Below are positions 1-9,840 of a stretch of DNA of 64,000 nucleotides, piece after piece. Position 1 is the first letter of the stretch, and each line of letters opens with the position of its first letter. The notes under the pieces were generated by a model. The model was not told the DNA's origin. It made no database searches and saw only the letters and a list, made by a program, of their open reading frames with translations. The DNA is from Bacillales bacterium. GTDB lineage: Bacteria > Bacillota_I > Bacilli_A > RF39 > UBA660. Location of the stretch: contig JAEEKI010000023.1 in the NCBI GenBank assembly GCA_016282375.1, forward strand, positions 14,840 through 78,839, written 5' to 3'. The translations under genes and the position numbers were made by a program.

Positions 1-451
1 CGTCATAACCACAAAAACGCATTATACGCGCTAAAGAATCACCATAAGCTCCACCACGTGCATTACCAATGTGCAATATACCAGTCGGATTAGCACTAAC
101 AAATTCAATATTAACCTTTTGTCCATGTCCTATATTACATGCTCCATATAATTCATTTTGAGATAGGACATTAGGTATATTTAAAAATAAATAATCAGAT
201 TTAACATAAAAGTTTATAAAACCAGGACCGGCAATATCAATTTTTTCAATCCATGGTTCATTGATATCTTGAATTATTTCACTTGCTATATCTCTTGGAT
301 TTTTTTGCAATTGTTTAGTTAATTGCATTGCAATATTAGTACTAAAGTCGCCATTTTCTTTATTTTTAGGAATTTCAATAGTGATAGTCGGATTTTCAAT
401 AGCCATTTTTCTTAATTGATTACCTAATAATTCAATTAATTTTTCCTTCAT
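1..451 (-). CDS. argS: Arginyl-tRNA synthetase, N-terminal part (runs off the window start)
   Basis: Reverse-strand translation from ATG at 451 gives MKEKLIELLGNQLRKMAIENPTITIEIPKNKENGDFSTNIAMQ...FVSANPTGILHIGNARGGAYGDSLARIMRFCGYD, with the HIGH-type class I aaRS motif and the ArgS additional N-terminal domain pattern. It is absent from the ORF track because it is truncated by the window edge. Confidence 0.6.
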   Translation of the reverse strand, partial: MKEKLIELLGNQLRKMAIENPTITIEIPKNKENGDFSTNIAMQLTKQLQKNPRDIASEIIQDINEPWIEKIDIAGPGFINFYVKSDYLFLNIPNVLSQNELYGACNIGHGQKVNIEFVSANPTGILHIGNARGGAYGDSLARIMRFCGYD

Positions 452-544
452 AAAACCATCGCCTTTTTTCAAATTAGAATTATAGCATATAAATATCAAA
501 AAAGCACTCATAAATTTACTATTTTTTTTAATACTAAAAATTAG

Positions 545-2494
545 GTGATATTTACGCATATAATTCGCTTTTTATATAAGTTATTTATCTTTGGTTTCTT
601 AAGTATTACAACTATCATCGTAGGTTTATATACCCATGCTTATTTTTCAAAACCAATTACTTTAAATTCTTCGGGAAATTATTTTTTATATGATAAGAAT
701 GATAATCTAATATATCAAGGAAGTTCGGTTAATGAATGGACAGATTTAAATAATATATCTAGTGATTTAATTAATGCAGTAATTTCTGTCGAAGATAAGA
801 ATTTCTATAAGCATCATGGTTTTGATTATTTAAGAATTACAAAAGCATTATTTAAAAATATTAAAAGTCAAAAAATACTCGAAGGAGCTAGTACTATAAG
901 CCAACAATATATTAAAAATGCTTACCTAGAATTTGATAAGACTTGGAATAGGAAGATAAAAGAAGCATTTTTAACCCTTAATCTTGAAGTACATTATTCC
1001 AAAGAAGAAATCTTAGAAGCCTATCTTAACACTATTAATTATGGTCATGGTAATTATGGTATTCAAAGTGCTTCCCATTATTATTTTAATAAAGATGCAA
1101 AAGATTTAACTATCGAAGAAGCTATTATTTTATCTGGTATTCCTAAAAATCCTAGTAATAATAATCCGGTTTCTAATTATGATAATGCCATTAAAAGAGC
1201 TAAAACTGTGGCTTTAACAATGTATAATAACAAAATAATTAATAAGGAAACTTATGATAATTTATTTCAAAATAAAATTGAAATATATGGTAAAAGAAGT
1301 GATAAAGATCTTGTTACTTTAATGTATTATCAAGATGCCGTTATTGATGAACTTAAAAGTATTCCTGGTATCACCGAAGAACAAATTAATTCTGGTAATT
1401 TAAAAGTATATACTACCCTTGATTATGAAGCCCAAAAGATAATGGAAGAAGAAATAATTAATAATATACCTAATGAAAAGTTAGAAACCTCTAGTTTAAT
1501 AATTAATCCTCATGATGGAAGTATTATGGCTCTTACAGGTGGAGTTAATTATAAAAAAAGTCAGTATAATCGAGCCCTTAATTCAAAAAGACAAGTGGGT
1601 TCCACGATGAAACCCTTTTTATATTATGCCGCTTTAAAAAATGGCATGACTTCTTCTTCAACATTTAAAAGTCAATTTACAACTTTTACTCTAGATAATG
1701 GCAAAGTTTACTCTCCGAAAAACTACGCTAATGTCTATGGAAATAAAGATATTACTATGGCGACTGCAATTGCTTATTCTGATAATATTTACGCAGTTAA
1801 AACCAATCTTTTTCTAGGAATAGATGAACTTATCAATACCGCTAAAATATGTGGTATTAAAGAAAAATTAAATGAGGTTCCTTCTTTAGCACTTGGTACA
1901 TCAGAAATTAATATAATTGATTATGCTACAGGATATACTACTTTTGCTAGTGGCGGTTATCAAAAGAAATTACATTTAGTTAGAAAGGTAGTTGATCAAG
2001 ATAAGAAAACGCTGTATGAATTTAAAGATACTAATAATCTTGTTTTAAACCCTAATTATGTCTATATATTAAATGAATTATTAACTAGTACAACAAATAG
2101 TGCATTTTTAGATTATAACATTCCTACAGCCCTTTCTGTTGCTAATAAACTATCAAATAAATACGCATTAAAAACAGGAACTACTGATACCGATTATTGG
2201 ACTGTCGGTTATAACAATAATATATTAATGATTATGTGGCTAGGTTACGATAATAATGATCCTTTAGAGGTATCTGTGGGTGGTAATGCCAAAAATATAT
2301 GGGCTAATACAGTGGAAAGAATTAGTAAATTAAATAATTATCAAGATGGTTGGTATCATACACCAAATAATGTAATAGGACTATTATTAAATGCAATTGA
2401 TGGTACACCAACAAATGATATTAAAAAAGCTAATATGTTTTATTATTTAAGAGGTAGTGAACCTTTATATGATATAAATAGTTATCAAAATTAA
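545..2494 (+). CDS. Class A penicillin-binding protein (bifunctional glycosyltransferase/transpeptidase)
   Basis: N-terminal TM helix. GT51 motif in INAVISVEDKNFYKHHGFDYLRI. Transpeptidase motifs STMKPF (SxxK), SDN and KTGT. The GTG start at 545 is uncertain. Confidence 0.8.
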   Translation: MIFTHIIRFLYKLFIFGFLSITTIIVGLYTHAYFSKPITLNSSGNYFLYDKNDNLIYQGSSVNEWTDLNNISSDLINAVISVEDKNFYKHHGFDYLRITKALFKNIKSQKILEGASTISQQYIKNAYLEFDKTWNRKIKEAFLTLNLEVHYSKEEILEAYLNTINYGHGNYGIQSASHYYFNKDAKDLTIEEAIILSGIPKNPSNNNPVSNYDNAIKRAKTVALTMYNNKIINKETYDNLFQNKIEIYGKRSDKDLVTLMYYQDAVIDELKSIPGITEEQINSGNLKVYTTLDYEAQKIMEEEIINNIPNEKLETSSLIINPHDGSIMALTGGVNYKKSQYNRALNSKRQVGSTMKPFLYYAALKNGMTSSSTFKSQFTTFTLDNGKVYSPKNYANVYGNKDITMATAIAYSDNIYAVKTNLFLGIDELINTAKICGIKEKLNEVPSLALGTSEINIIDYATGYTTFASGGYQKKLHLVRKVVDQDKKTLYEFKDTNNLVLNPNYVYILNELLTSTTNSAFLDYNIPTALSVANKLSNKYALKTGTTDTDYWTVGYNNNILMIMWLGYDNNDPLEVSVGGNAKNIWANTVERISKLNNYQDGWYHTPNNVIGLLLNAIDGTPTNDIKKANMFYYLRGSEPLYDINSYQN

Positions 2495-2516
2495 AAAAAG
2501 TCAGTTATCTGACTTT
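2493..2516. terminator. Bidirectional rho-independent terminator between the PBP gene and parB
   Basis: Hairpin agtcag-ttat-ctgact (2499-2514), flanked by an A-run upstream and a T-rich run downstream. Confidence 0.45.
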
Positions 2517-3872
2517 CTATAATGATACATTAATAATAAATGATGCTGTATTACTTAATTCTGTTGAAGAACTATTAACGTTATATCCTAATGCTTTAAG
2601 TTCAGCAATTACACCCTCTAGTTTAGATTTTACTTCATTCATTGATTTAGTAGAAGTAGGTACCGGTGTTTGAGGAACAGGTGCAGTTTGAACAGGCTCT
2701 GGCATTGGAGCTGGAGGAGTACTTTGAACTGGCATAGGTGCTGCAGCTGGGGCTGGAGCAAAATCTAAATCTTCGATTGAAGGAGCAGCAACAGGTTGAA
2801 TAGGAGTTGGAGTTGGTTGAACTGGTTGAGGAGGCACTTGAGCATATGCAGGTTGTACAGGTGCAGAAACTGGTGCTGCAGCTGGTACAGGTGTATATGT
2901 TTGTACTGGGCTTACTTGTTCTTGTACCATTTGTGGTTGAATTTCTGTTTGCATAGGTTCCTCCTTTTCTTCCTCTTTATTTTCTTCTTCTATCTTTGCA
3001 ACCGCAAATCCGTTATTATCCGCTTTAGAACTTAAATCAAATAAATTATTTTGTTGATTAAATGGGTTAACAGCTTCTGTCATCTGCATGTTTACTGCTT
3101 CTGACTCTAAATTATTAAAGAATTTATTTGTACTTCTTTCCCCTAAATTTATAGCACCTATACTATTTTGTTCTTGAACAGATGTATCAGGCAGTGGTGC
3201 ATATGTTGGAATATCAACGGCATTTTGTTTTACCTTTTCAATATCCACACCTTGATTTAAATAAACTTGACCATATTCTTTACGTAATTCTAAATCTAGT
3301 AGTCTAACGGTCATTCTTTCATCAATTATTCTTTTTAACCATCTTACTTGTGCATCATTATCTTTAACTACTAGTAATGATCTTGCATGTCTTTCTGAAA
3401 TAGAACCATCCATGACTGCATTTTGTACTTCAGGCGCAAGTGTTAACAAACGAAGTTTATTAGCTATAGAACTTTCGGATAAGCCCAACTTCATTGCTAA
3501 TTGAGCTTGTGACATGTATCCTTGATCTAATAATGCCTTATATGATTTTGCTTCTTCGATAGCGGTTAATTCTTTTCTTTGAACATTTTCGGCGATAGCT
3601 ATTTCTGCACTTTGACGATCATCAATATTAGAAATAACAGCAGGAACGGCAACAAGACCGGCCATTTTAGCTGCCCGGAATCTTCTTTCACCTGCTACAA
3701 TTTCGTATTTGTCGCCCATTCTTCTTAATACTAATGGCTGAATAATACCATGTTGTTTAATAGAGGCTGCTAGTTCGTTTAAAGAAGTATCTTCAAAAGC
3801 TAACCGTGGTTGAAACCGGTTAGGTACAATATCTTCGACAGCAACTTGTAAAACACTAGAATCGAAATTCAT
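2517..3872 (-). CDS. parB: ParB/Spo0J-family partition protein with a long Pro/Gln/Val-rich low-complexity linker and a short C-terminal helix
   Basis: N-terminal ParB/Srx box (QPRLAFEDTSLNELAASIKQHGIIQPLVLRR...EIVAGERRFRAAKMAG) and HTH (MSQAQLAMKLGLSESSIANKLRLL). Residues about 215-410 are PVQP/APV-type low complexity. Its position next to rsmG is typical for noc/spo0J. Confidence 0.75.
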   Translation of the reverse strand: MNFDSSVLQVAVEDIVPNRFQPRLAFEDTSLNELAASIKQHGIIQPLVLRRMGDKYEIVAGERRFRAAKMAGLVAVPAVISNIDDRQSAEIAIAENVQRKELTAIEEAKSYKALLDQGYMSQAQLAMKLGLSESSIANKLRLLTLAPEVQNAVMDGSISERHARSLLVVKDNDAQVRWLKRIIDERMTVRLLDLELRKEYGQVYLNQGVDIEKVKQNAVDIPTYAPLPDTSVQEQNSIGAINLGERSTNKFFNNLESEAVNMQMTEAVNPFNQQNNLFDLSSKADNNGFAVAKIEEENKEEEKEEPMQTEIQPQMVQEQVSPVQTYTPVPAAAPVSAPVQPAYAQVPPQPVQPTPTPIQPVAAPSIEDLDFAPAPAAAPMPVQSTPPAPMPEPVQTAPVPQTPVPTSTKSMNEVKSKLEGVIAELKALGYNVNSSSTELSNTASFIINVSL

Positions 3873-3902
3873 ACTAAAGCCCCTTCTCCTATTATTAATC
3901 TA

Positions 3903-3941
3903 AGTATAAAACAAAACTCCCTTTTTTGCAATAAAAAAGGA
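3903..3941 (-). promoter_or_regulatory. Putative sigma-A promoter of parB (TTGCAA-17-TATACT on the minus strand)
   Basis: The reverse complement reads ttgcaa aaaagggagttttgttt tatact, followed by RBS aggagaagggg and the ATG at 3872. Confidence 0.4.
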
Positions 3942-3972
3942 ATGCATATCAATGATTAGAATAAAATTTGTC

Positions 3973-4007
3973 ATAAAAAAGTAAGTATTATTAATTTATA
4001 CTTACTT
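3973..4007 (-). terminator. Rho-independent terminator downstream of paralog P1
   Basis: 10-bp stem aagtaagtat/atacttactt with a 9-nt loop, followed on the minus strand by a T-run. Confidence 0.45.
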
Positions 4008-4039
4008 ATAAAATAATTTATATGACTAATTGGCTGTTA

Positions 4040-5194
4040 TTAACTCCATGATATACAAAATGAACTATCATCTGAATTAACGACACATCCAACACTATCC
4101 GATGTATCAAAACATTGTAAGTCACCACCATCAAATACTCCACAACTTATTGTACCAACGCGACAATTAGCATAACTAAGATATGAGCTACAATCATTAT
4201 CAATGTCAATTTCGATTCCTTCATCAACAAAGACTTGGTATATGGCTTGTTTTGCACTTTCTTGTTGGACACTTGTAAAATTACTATTTGGTGTATGACC
4301 AGATAACCCATATTGAGTATATGGTTGACTTAAACATACTTCATGGTCATCACCATCATTTAAACATACATAATACTTACTATCATCTTGACCGATATAT
4401 ACTGCATGATTGGTTGCTTCACCACTATTTTGTAATGTTCCTCCATGATTAGGGTATGTATATATTGGCTCATAACTTCCTGTATTACTATTATATGTTG
4501 TTGATAAAGCATACCAATATTGAGTTGGTCCTGATGAAGATGCAGATGCTGTTCCCGCTACGCAAGAAACATTTACTACTTTAAATCTACCTTCATATGT
4601 TTTATCGGATAATGCACTTTGATCTGCATTTACATTATAAAACTTACTTGTGAGTGTCCATACGGCCGTACTTGTTGTTGAACCTGTTCCATCTATTTGC
4701 GCTCCACTTACGACTGATGCGACATAATTGGTATATGAAAGTGTTGATAAATCGGTTTCACTTTTTATATTATTGGTTCCTTCACTGACGTGGGCATTAT
4801 TGGCTAGTGTTCCTTGGATCGTAAATTCATTTGAGGATACGCCACTTGTATGAGTAGTATATTTATCACTACTTGTCCATTCATACACAATATCATATGT
4901 ACATACCATACTATAATCGGTATTGGTAGTGAAGTTTACCGTTAATGTTGTGTTATTCTCGGCGGCTATATTACCTTGTTTAGCTTGAACCATGTTACTT
5001 GCTGTTACATTAAGTAACATTTCTCCACCTAAGGTATCAAACACCATGTTATTTCGTTCTGTGACTGTATTGGCATTAGCTACATTTGTTATATTCATAT
5101 TACCTGTTGAAAAATATGCATATGTTGCAAAGGTTATAATCGTTAATAGCATTACGATTGCTATACTCATTAAAATAATATTATTCTTTTTCAT
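4040..5194 (-). CDS. Secreted Cys-rich protein, paralog P1 of a three-member family. Its signal peptide has a TasA/camelysin-like (SipW-cognate-like) GxTYAYF motif
   Basis: MKKNNIILMSIAIVMLLTIITFATYAYFSTGN..., with a C-terminal Cys-rich tail. It is homologous over its whole length to the ORFs at 61038 and 63502. An ATG at 5194 with RBS TAGGAGT is preferred over the upstream GTG at 5227. Confidence 0.75.
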   Translation of the reverse strand: MKKNNIILMSIAIVMLLTIITFATYAYFSTGNMNITNVANANTVTERNNMVFDTLGGEMLLNVTASNMVQAKQGNIAAENNTTLTVNFTTNTDYSMVCTYDIVYEWTSSDKYTTHTSGVSSNEFTIQGTLANNAHVSEGTNNIKSETDLSTLSYTNYVASVVSGAQIDGTGSTTSTAVWTLTSKFYNVNADQSALSDKTYEGRFKVVNVSCVAGTASASSSGPTQYWYALSTTYNSNTGSYEPIYTYPNHGGTLQNSGEATNHAVYIGQDDSKYYVCLNDGDDHEVCLSQPYTQYGLSGHTPNSNFTSVQQESAKQAIYQVFVDEGIEIDIDNDCSSYLSYANCRVGTISCGVFDGGDLQCFDTSDSVGCVVNSDDSSFCISWS

Positions 5195-5226
5195 ATGAAC
5201 TCCTATCTTATAAATAAAGAATATCA

Positions 5227-5258
5227 CAGATTAAAAGAATAGTCACTATTGACTATTC
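5227..5258 (-). terminator. Putative terminator overlapping the rsmG stop codon
   Basis: Stem gaatagtca/tgactattc (9 bp, loop 4), followed on the minus strand by TTTT. Confidence 0.35.
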
Positions 5259-5956
5259 CATTTCTTGCTTCTCTTTAATATTTGATTATATTCATATAAT
5301 TTATTACTATCTTTTTTTTCAATAACTAAAAGATTTCTTTCATCATTAGTAATTGGCAGATTAAAGCTTATTATTTGATACTTATTAATATTTAAATCAT
5401 TTAAATGATTATCAAGAATCCTTTTTTCATTAATAATACTACCTTTCATTAAGACTACTTGACCCTCTTTTTTTATAAAAGGTAATGATAAAGAAATAAT
5501 AATATCAATGAATGCTACCGCTCTTGAAACACATAAATCAAATTTATCCTGATTATTTTTAGCATAATTTTCAGCGCGATCATTAATAATAGTTACATCT
5601 TGTAAACTTAACTTATTTGTAATAATCTCTAAAAACTTAGTTTTTTTATTATTAGAATCTAGTAATGTTAGTTTAAGATGTGGATAAAATATTTTAATAA
5701 CGATTCCAGGAAAACCTGCACCGGTACCAATATCTATCATATTATTAACCTTTGATAAATCAACTGCCTTACATAAAGTAAGTGAATCATAAAAGTGTTT
5801 TAGATAAACATCTTCTTTTTTAATAATAGAGGTTAAATTAGTATGACTATTATACTCAATTAGTTCGTTATAATAGATTTCTAATTGTTTTAACTCATCT
5901 TCACTAATATAAATACCTAATTTTTTTACTTCTTCAATAAAATCATTTATTTGCAT
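5246..5956 (-). CDS. rsmG: 16S rRNA (guanine527-N7)-methyltransferase RsmG (GidB)
   Basis: SAM-binding motif IDIGTGAGFPGIV. Conserved position downstream of mnmG. Confidence 0.9.
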   Translation of the reverse strand: MQINDFIEEVKKLGIYISEDELKQLEIYYNELIEYNSHTNLTSIIKKEDVYLKHFYDSLTLCKAVDLSKVNNMIDIGTGAGFPGIVIKIFYPHLKLTLLDSNNKKTKFLEIITNKLSLQDVTIINDRAENYAKNNQDKFDLCVSRAVAFIDIIISLSLPFIKKEGQVVLMKGSIINEKRILDNHLNDLNINKYQIISFNLPITNDERNLLVIEKKDSNKLYEYNQILKRSKKWNSQ

Positions 5957-7838
5957 CTTTACTATATTCCCTTTTCATATAAACCAATAATAAACTAATA
6001 TCAACTGGATTTACGCCACTTATTCGACTAGCTTGAGCAATGGTTTTAGGCCGAACTAAAGCTAGTTTTTGTCGTGCTTCACTAGCAATATTTTTTATTT
6101 TACTATAATCAATATCATCTGGTATTTGCTTTTCTTCTAGTTTATCTAGTTTTTCTTTTTCTTGGTATTCCTTATTAATATAACCTTCATATTTATACTC
6201 TATTTCAACTTGTTCACATTCTTCGTGAGTATAATCACTTAAATCAAGATATCTTTTTATAATATCCATGGTTATTTCTGGTCTTTTTAAAAGTGTTAAA
6301 TAATTAAAATTACCAGATGGAATACTAATATTTCGTTCTTTAAAGTCTTTTTTTACTTCATCAGTAATAACTAGTTTATTATTATTTAATAATTCTTTTA
6401 AAGTTTTTATTTTAGCCATTTTATTGGTAAATCTTTGATATTTATCTTCGCTAACAGCCCCAATATCATAGGCTTTTTTAGTAAGTCTTATATCAGCATT
6501 ATCATGTCTTAATAATAAACGAAATTCGGCTCTAGAGGTAAGCATCCGATATGGATCAGTAATACCCTTAGTAACTAAATCATCAATTAATACACCAATA
6601 TAAGCTTCATGTCTTTTTAAAATAAATTCTTCTTTATTGTCTATTTTTAATGAAGCATTAATACCAGCGATTAATCCTTGACCAGCTGCCTCTTCATAAC
6701 CAGAGGTACCATTTATTTGACCAGCTGTATATAAATTCTTAATAATCTTAGTTTCCAATGAAGGACTAATTTGCATTGGATCAATAGCATCATATTCAAT
6801 AGCATAAGCATATTTTGAAATAACAGCATTTTCTAAGCCTTTTAAACTATGGACCATTTTTTCTTGAACATCTCTTGGCATAGATGTTGAAAAACCTTGT
6901 AAGTACCATTCATCATAATAGATACTTTCTGGTTCTAAGAAAAGTTGATGACGCTCTTTATCAGCAAAACGCACAATTTTATCTTCGATTGAGGGACAAT
7001 ATCTTGGACCTACTCCGGTAGCATATCCACCATACATGGCACTCTTTTTCAAATTATCTCGAATAATTTGATGAGTATTCTCATTTGTATAAACTAAGTA
7101 GCATTTTTGTTGTCTATTTAAATCATATTGTGGTTCAACATCAAATGAAAAGGTCCAATAAACATCATCACCAGTCTCTGGTTTTAGAATATCAAAATTA
7201 ATGGAATCAGCTTTAATCCTCTGAGGGGTACCAGTTTTTAAACGTTTAATATTAAAACCTAACTTATGAAGATTTGTTGATAATTCGTTACTTCTTTTTT
7301 CACCGTGAGGACCTCCGGGGGTATTCTCACTTCCTATTAAAATATTGGCATTAAGGTAAGTACCTGTTGTTAAAATTACGCTTGTTCCTTCGATTTTTTC
7401 ACCATTATTTAATACTACCCCCGTAACGGTATTATTATCAACAATTAAGTTTTCAACCATACCCTCTTTTATTTCTAAATTGGGTGTTTCATCTAAATAT
7501 TTGCGCATTACTTTTGGATAAACTCTTTTATCTGCTTGCGCTCTTAAAGCTCTTACGGCTGGACCTTTAGAATTATTTAACATCTTGATTTGAAAGTGGG
7601 AATAATCCGCTACTTTACCCATCAAACCACCTAGGGCATCTATTTCACGAACAATAATACCTTTGGCACTACCACCAATCGACGGATTACATGGCATATC
7701 AGCAAGATTATCAATATTAGCCGTTACTAGTAGGGTCTTTTTACCCATGAAAGCTGCGATATGAGCTGCTTCACAACCAGCATGTCCTGCTCCAACAACT
7801 ATAACATCATACATAATATCCCCTACTTTCCCACACAA
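5943..7838 (-). CDS. mnmG: tRNA uridine 5-carboxymethylaminomethyl modification enzyme MnmG (GidA)
   Basis: FAD-binding N-terminus YDVIVVGAGHAGCEAA. 631 aa. Conserved synteny. Confidence 0.95.
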   Translation of the reverse strand: MCGKVGDIMYDVIVVGAGHAGCEAAHIAAFMGKKTLLVTANIDNLADMPCNPSIGGSAKGIIVREIDALGGLMGKVADYSHFQIKMLNNSKGPAVRALRAQADKRVYPKVMRKYLDETPNLEIKEGMVENLIVDNNTVTGVVLNNGEKIEGTSVILTTGTYLNANILIGSENTPGGPHGEKRSNELSTNLHKLGFNIKRLKTGTPQRIKADSINFDILKPETGDDVYWTFSFDVEPQYDLNRQQKCYLVYTNENTHQIIRDNLKKSAMYGGYATGVGPRYCPSIEDKIVRFADKERHQLFLEPESIYYDEWYLQGFSTSMPRDVQEKMVHSLKGLENAVISKYAYAIEYDAIDPMQISPSLETKIIKNLYTAGQINGTSGYEEAAGQGLIAGINASLKIDNKEEFILKRHEAYIGVLIDDLVTKGITDPYRMLTSRAEFRLLLRHDNADIRLTKKAYDIGAVSEDKYQRFTNKMAKIKTLKELLNNNKLVITDEVKKDFKERNISIPSGNFNYLTLLKRPEITMDIIKRYLDLSDYTHEECEQVEIEYKYEGYINKEYQEKEKLDKLEEKQIPDDIDYSKIKNIASEARQKLALVRPKTIAQASRISGVNPVDISLLLVYMKREYSKDANK

Positions 7839-9163
7839 AAATCCCTAAATAAGCGATCAATAAGAGCATCTTCATAAGTATCACCAATTATTTCGCCTAA
7901 TAGATCATAACAAGTCTTTAAATCGCTTTCAATTAAGTCTATTGGTATACCACTATCTAATGATTCTTTAGCCTTTTTCATAGCATCATTTGCCCTATTT
8001 ACCAAGCTTATTTGTCGAGCATTAGATAAATATGTTAAGTCTTTATTTATTTCATTAATATTAAACATCTCGATTAATGTATCTTTTAAGGAATCAAGTC
8101 CATTAACACTCTTTGTATTTCCATATATAACATTATCATCAGATATATTAATAACAATCTTTTCATCGTTCTTATTAACAAAAATGACATGTTTTTTGTC
8201 CTTAATAACATTTAATAACTTTTTATCATCTTCATCTAGTGGTCTACTACCATCTAAAACTAGTAATACTAAATCGGCATCATTAAGGGCCTGATTACTC
8301 TTTTCAACGCCTATTTTTTCTACGACATCGGTTGTTTCATGAATACCTGCTGTATCAATTAATTTAACTTCGATACCATCTAAACTAATTATTCCTTCGA
8401 CTAAATCACGTGTTGTACCGGCTATATCAGTAACAATAGCCTTTTCTTCATCTAATAAATGATTTAAGATACTACTTTTACCTACGTTTGGTTTGCCTAT
8501 AATAGCAACATTTATTCCATCAGATACTATTTTACCGTATGAAGCACCTTTAACTAATTGATCTAACTTTTGACTAATTACGACTAACTTTTCATTAAGT
8601 AAATTTTCGGTTATAACTAAATTATCTGTATATTCAGGATAATCAATATTTACCTCAATATTAGCCATTAAAGATATAATATCTTCTCTAATATCATTTA
8701 TTATTTTTGTTAGATTACCACCTATTTGATTTAATGATAACTTTCTTTTTGATTCTGTTTTAGCATTGATTAGTTCATTAACGGCTTCTGATTCTAAAAG
8801 ATTAATTCTACCATTTAAGAATGCTCTTTTAGTAAATTCGCCAGGCTCAGCAAGACGACATCCTTTAGTTAATAATACTTCTAATATCTTATTCGTAGTC
8901 GTATATCCACCATGACAATTTATTTCTACTACATCCTCTTTGGTATAGGTCTTAGGTGCACGCATTACCATAACTAGTACTTCATCAATTATTTCATTAT
9001 CTAAAGTAATATGACCATATTTAATAATATGAGATTCCCCTTTTTTTATAGGATTTGAAAAAATACTATTGGTTATTTCAATAGCTTTATCTCCACTTAA
9101 ACGGATAATGGAAATTGCGCCAACCCCTAAGGATGTTGCAATTGCACATATTGTATCATCCAT
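7823..9163 (-). CDS. mnmE: tRNA modification GTPase MnmE (TrmE)
   Basis: G-domain GKPNVGKSSILN, DTAGI, NKND. C-terminal CVGK motif. Confidence 0.95.
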   Translation of the reverse strand: MDDTICAIATSLGVGAISIIRLSGDKAIEITNSIFSNPIKKGESHIIKYGHITLDNEIIDEVLVMVMRAPKTYTKEDVVEINCHGGYTTTNKILEVLLTKGCRLAEPGEFTKRAFLNGRINLLESEAVNELINAKTESKRKLSLNQIGGNLTKIINDIREDIISLMANIEVNIDYPEYTDNLVITENLLNEKLVVISQKLDQLVKGASYGKIVSDGINVAIIGKPNVGKSSILNHLLDEEKAIVTDIAGTTRDLVEGIISLDGIEVKLIDTAGIHETTDVVEKIGVEKSNQALNDADLVLLVLDGSRPLDEDDKKLLNVIKDKKHVIFVNKNDEKIVINISDDNVIYGNTKSVNGLDSLKDTLIEMFNINEINKDLTYLSNARQISLVNRANDAMKKAKESLDSGIPIDLIESDLKTCYDLLGEIIGDTYEDALIDRLFRDFCVGK

Positions 9164-9222
9164 AATATCACTTCGCTCTCGCGTATTATAGCACGAATTT
9201 AAATAAAAATAAAAGAGTATCT

Positions 9223-9840
9223 CTACTCTTTTACCTCGATATAACTAATTACGATATGCCTATTTGGCTCTTCACCTTCACTAACTGTCGAAATATTCTT
9301 ATATTTAGTTAACACATTGTGAACAATTCTTCTTTCGTAAGCATTCATATTTTCCATATGAACAGCTACTTTAGTCTTAAGAACATCACGAGCAATGTTT
9401 TTAGCTAGTCTTTCTAATCTAGCAACTTTTTTATCTTTATAATCTTCGACATCTAGGGAAATGGCAAAAAATATACCTGTTTCTACAAGAACTTTTTGTT
9501 TAACTAGATTTTCTAAAGCTTTTAAAGTATTACCATTATGACCAATTAAAATATTGTTATTATTTGAATACATCTTTAAAACAGTACGATCATCATGATT
9601 TCTTAATTCAAAAGATACTTCTAAACCTAATTTTTCAATAATCTCTTTTAAGAATTCTTTAATTAAGTTATAAACATCTTCTTTTTTATAAACTATAACT
9701 TCAGTAGTTTCACCCTTAAACAAACCCTTTTTAACTTCTCCTGCACGGTAAATGATATCATTTTTATCCAAATTATTGTCTTCACAAATTTGGTTTAATG
9801 TTTCTTCGAAATCTTTACCAGACTTAGTTATTTTTTCCAT
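9223..9840 (-). CDS. jag: Jag/KhpB RNA-binding protein (KH and R3H domains)
   Basis: 205 aa. R3H-like C-terminus (ERRIVHNVL). Conserved yidC-jag pairing. Confidence 0.85.
   Translation of the reverse strand: MEKITKSGKDFEETLNQICEDNNLDKNDIIYRAGEVKKGLFKGETTEVIVYKKEDVYNLIKEFLKEIIEKLGLEVSFELRNHDDRTVLKMYSNNNNILIGHNGNTLKALENLVKQKVLVETGIFFAISLDVEDYKDKKVARLERLAKNIARDVLKTKVAVHMENMNAYERRIVHNVLTKYKNISTVSEGEEPNRHIVISYIEVKE

Noticed and set aside
2796-3035. 79-aa Trp/Cys/Arg-rich ORF on the + strand inside parB
   Set aside because: It is an artefact of the repetitive Pro-codon DNA on the opposite strand (ccn/ggn repeats read antisense). It has no start context.
4992-5198. ORF-track ORFs 4992..5198(+), 61034..61312(-) and 63499..63777(-), mutually similar, lying antisense to the 5' ends of the three paralogous genes
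   Set aside because: They are conserved only because the sense-strand signal-peptide region is conserved. They have no RBS, are hydrophobic nonsense, and are wholly contained in better-supported genes.
4040-5227. Mobile element (IS or transposon) explaining the dispersed paralogs
   Set aside because: There is no transposase or integrase, no terminal inverted repeats and no target duplications. The copies are diverged (about 85% nt identity), consistent with old gene duplications rather than recent transposition.
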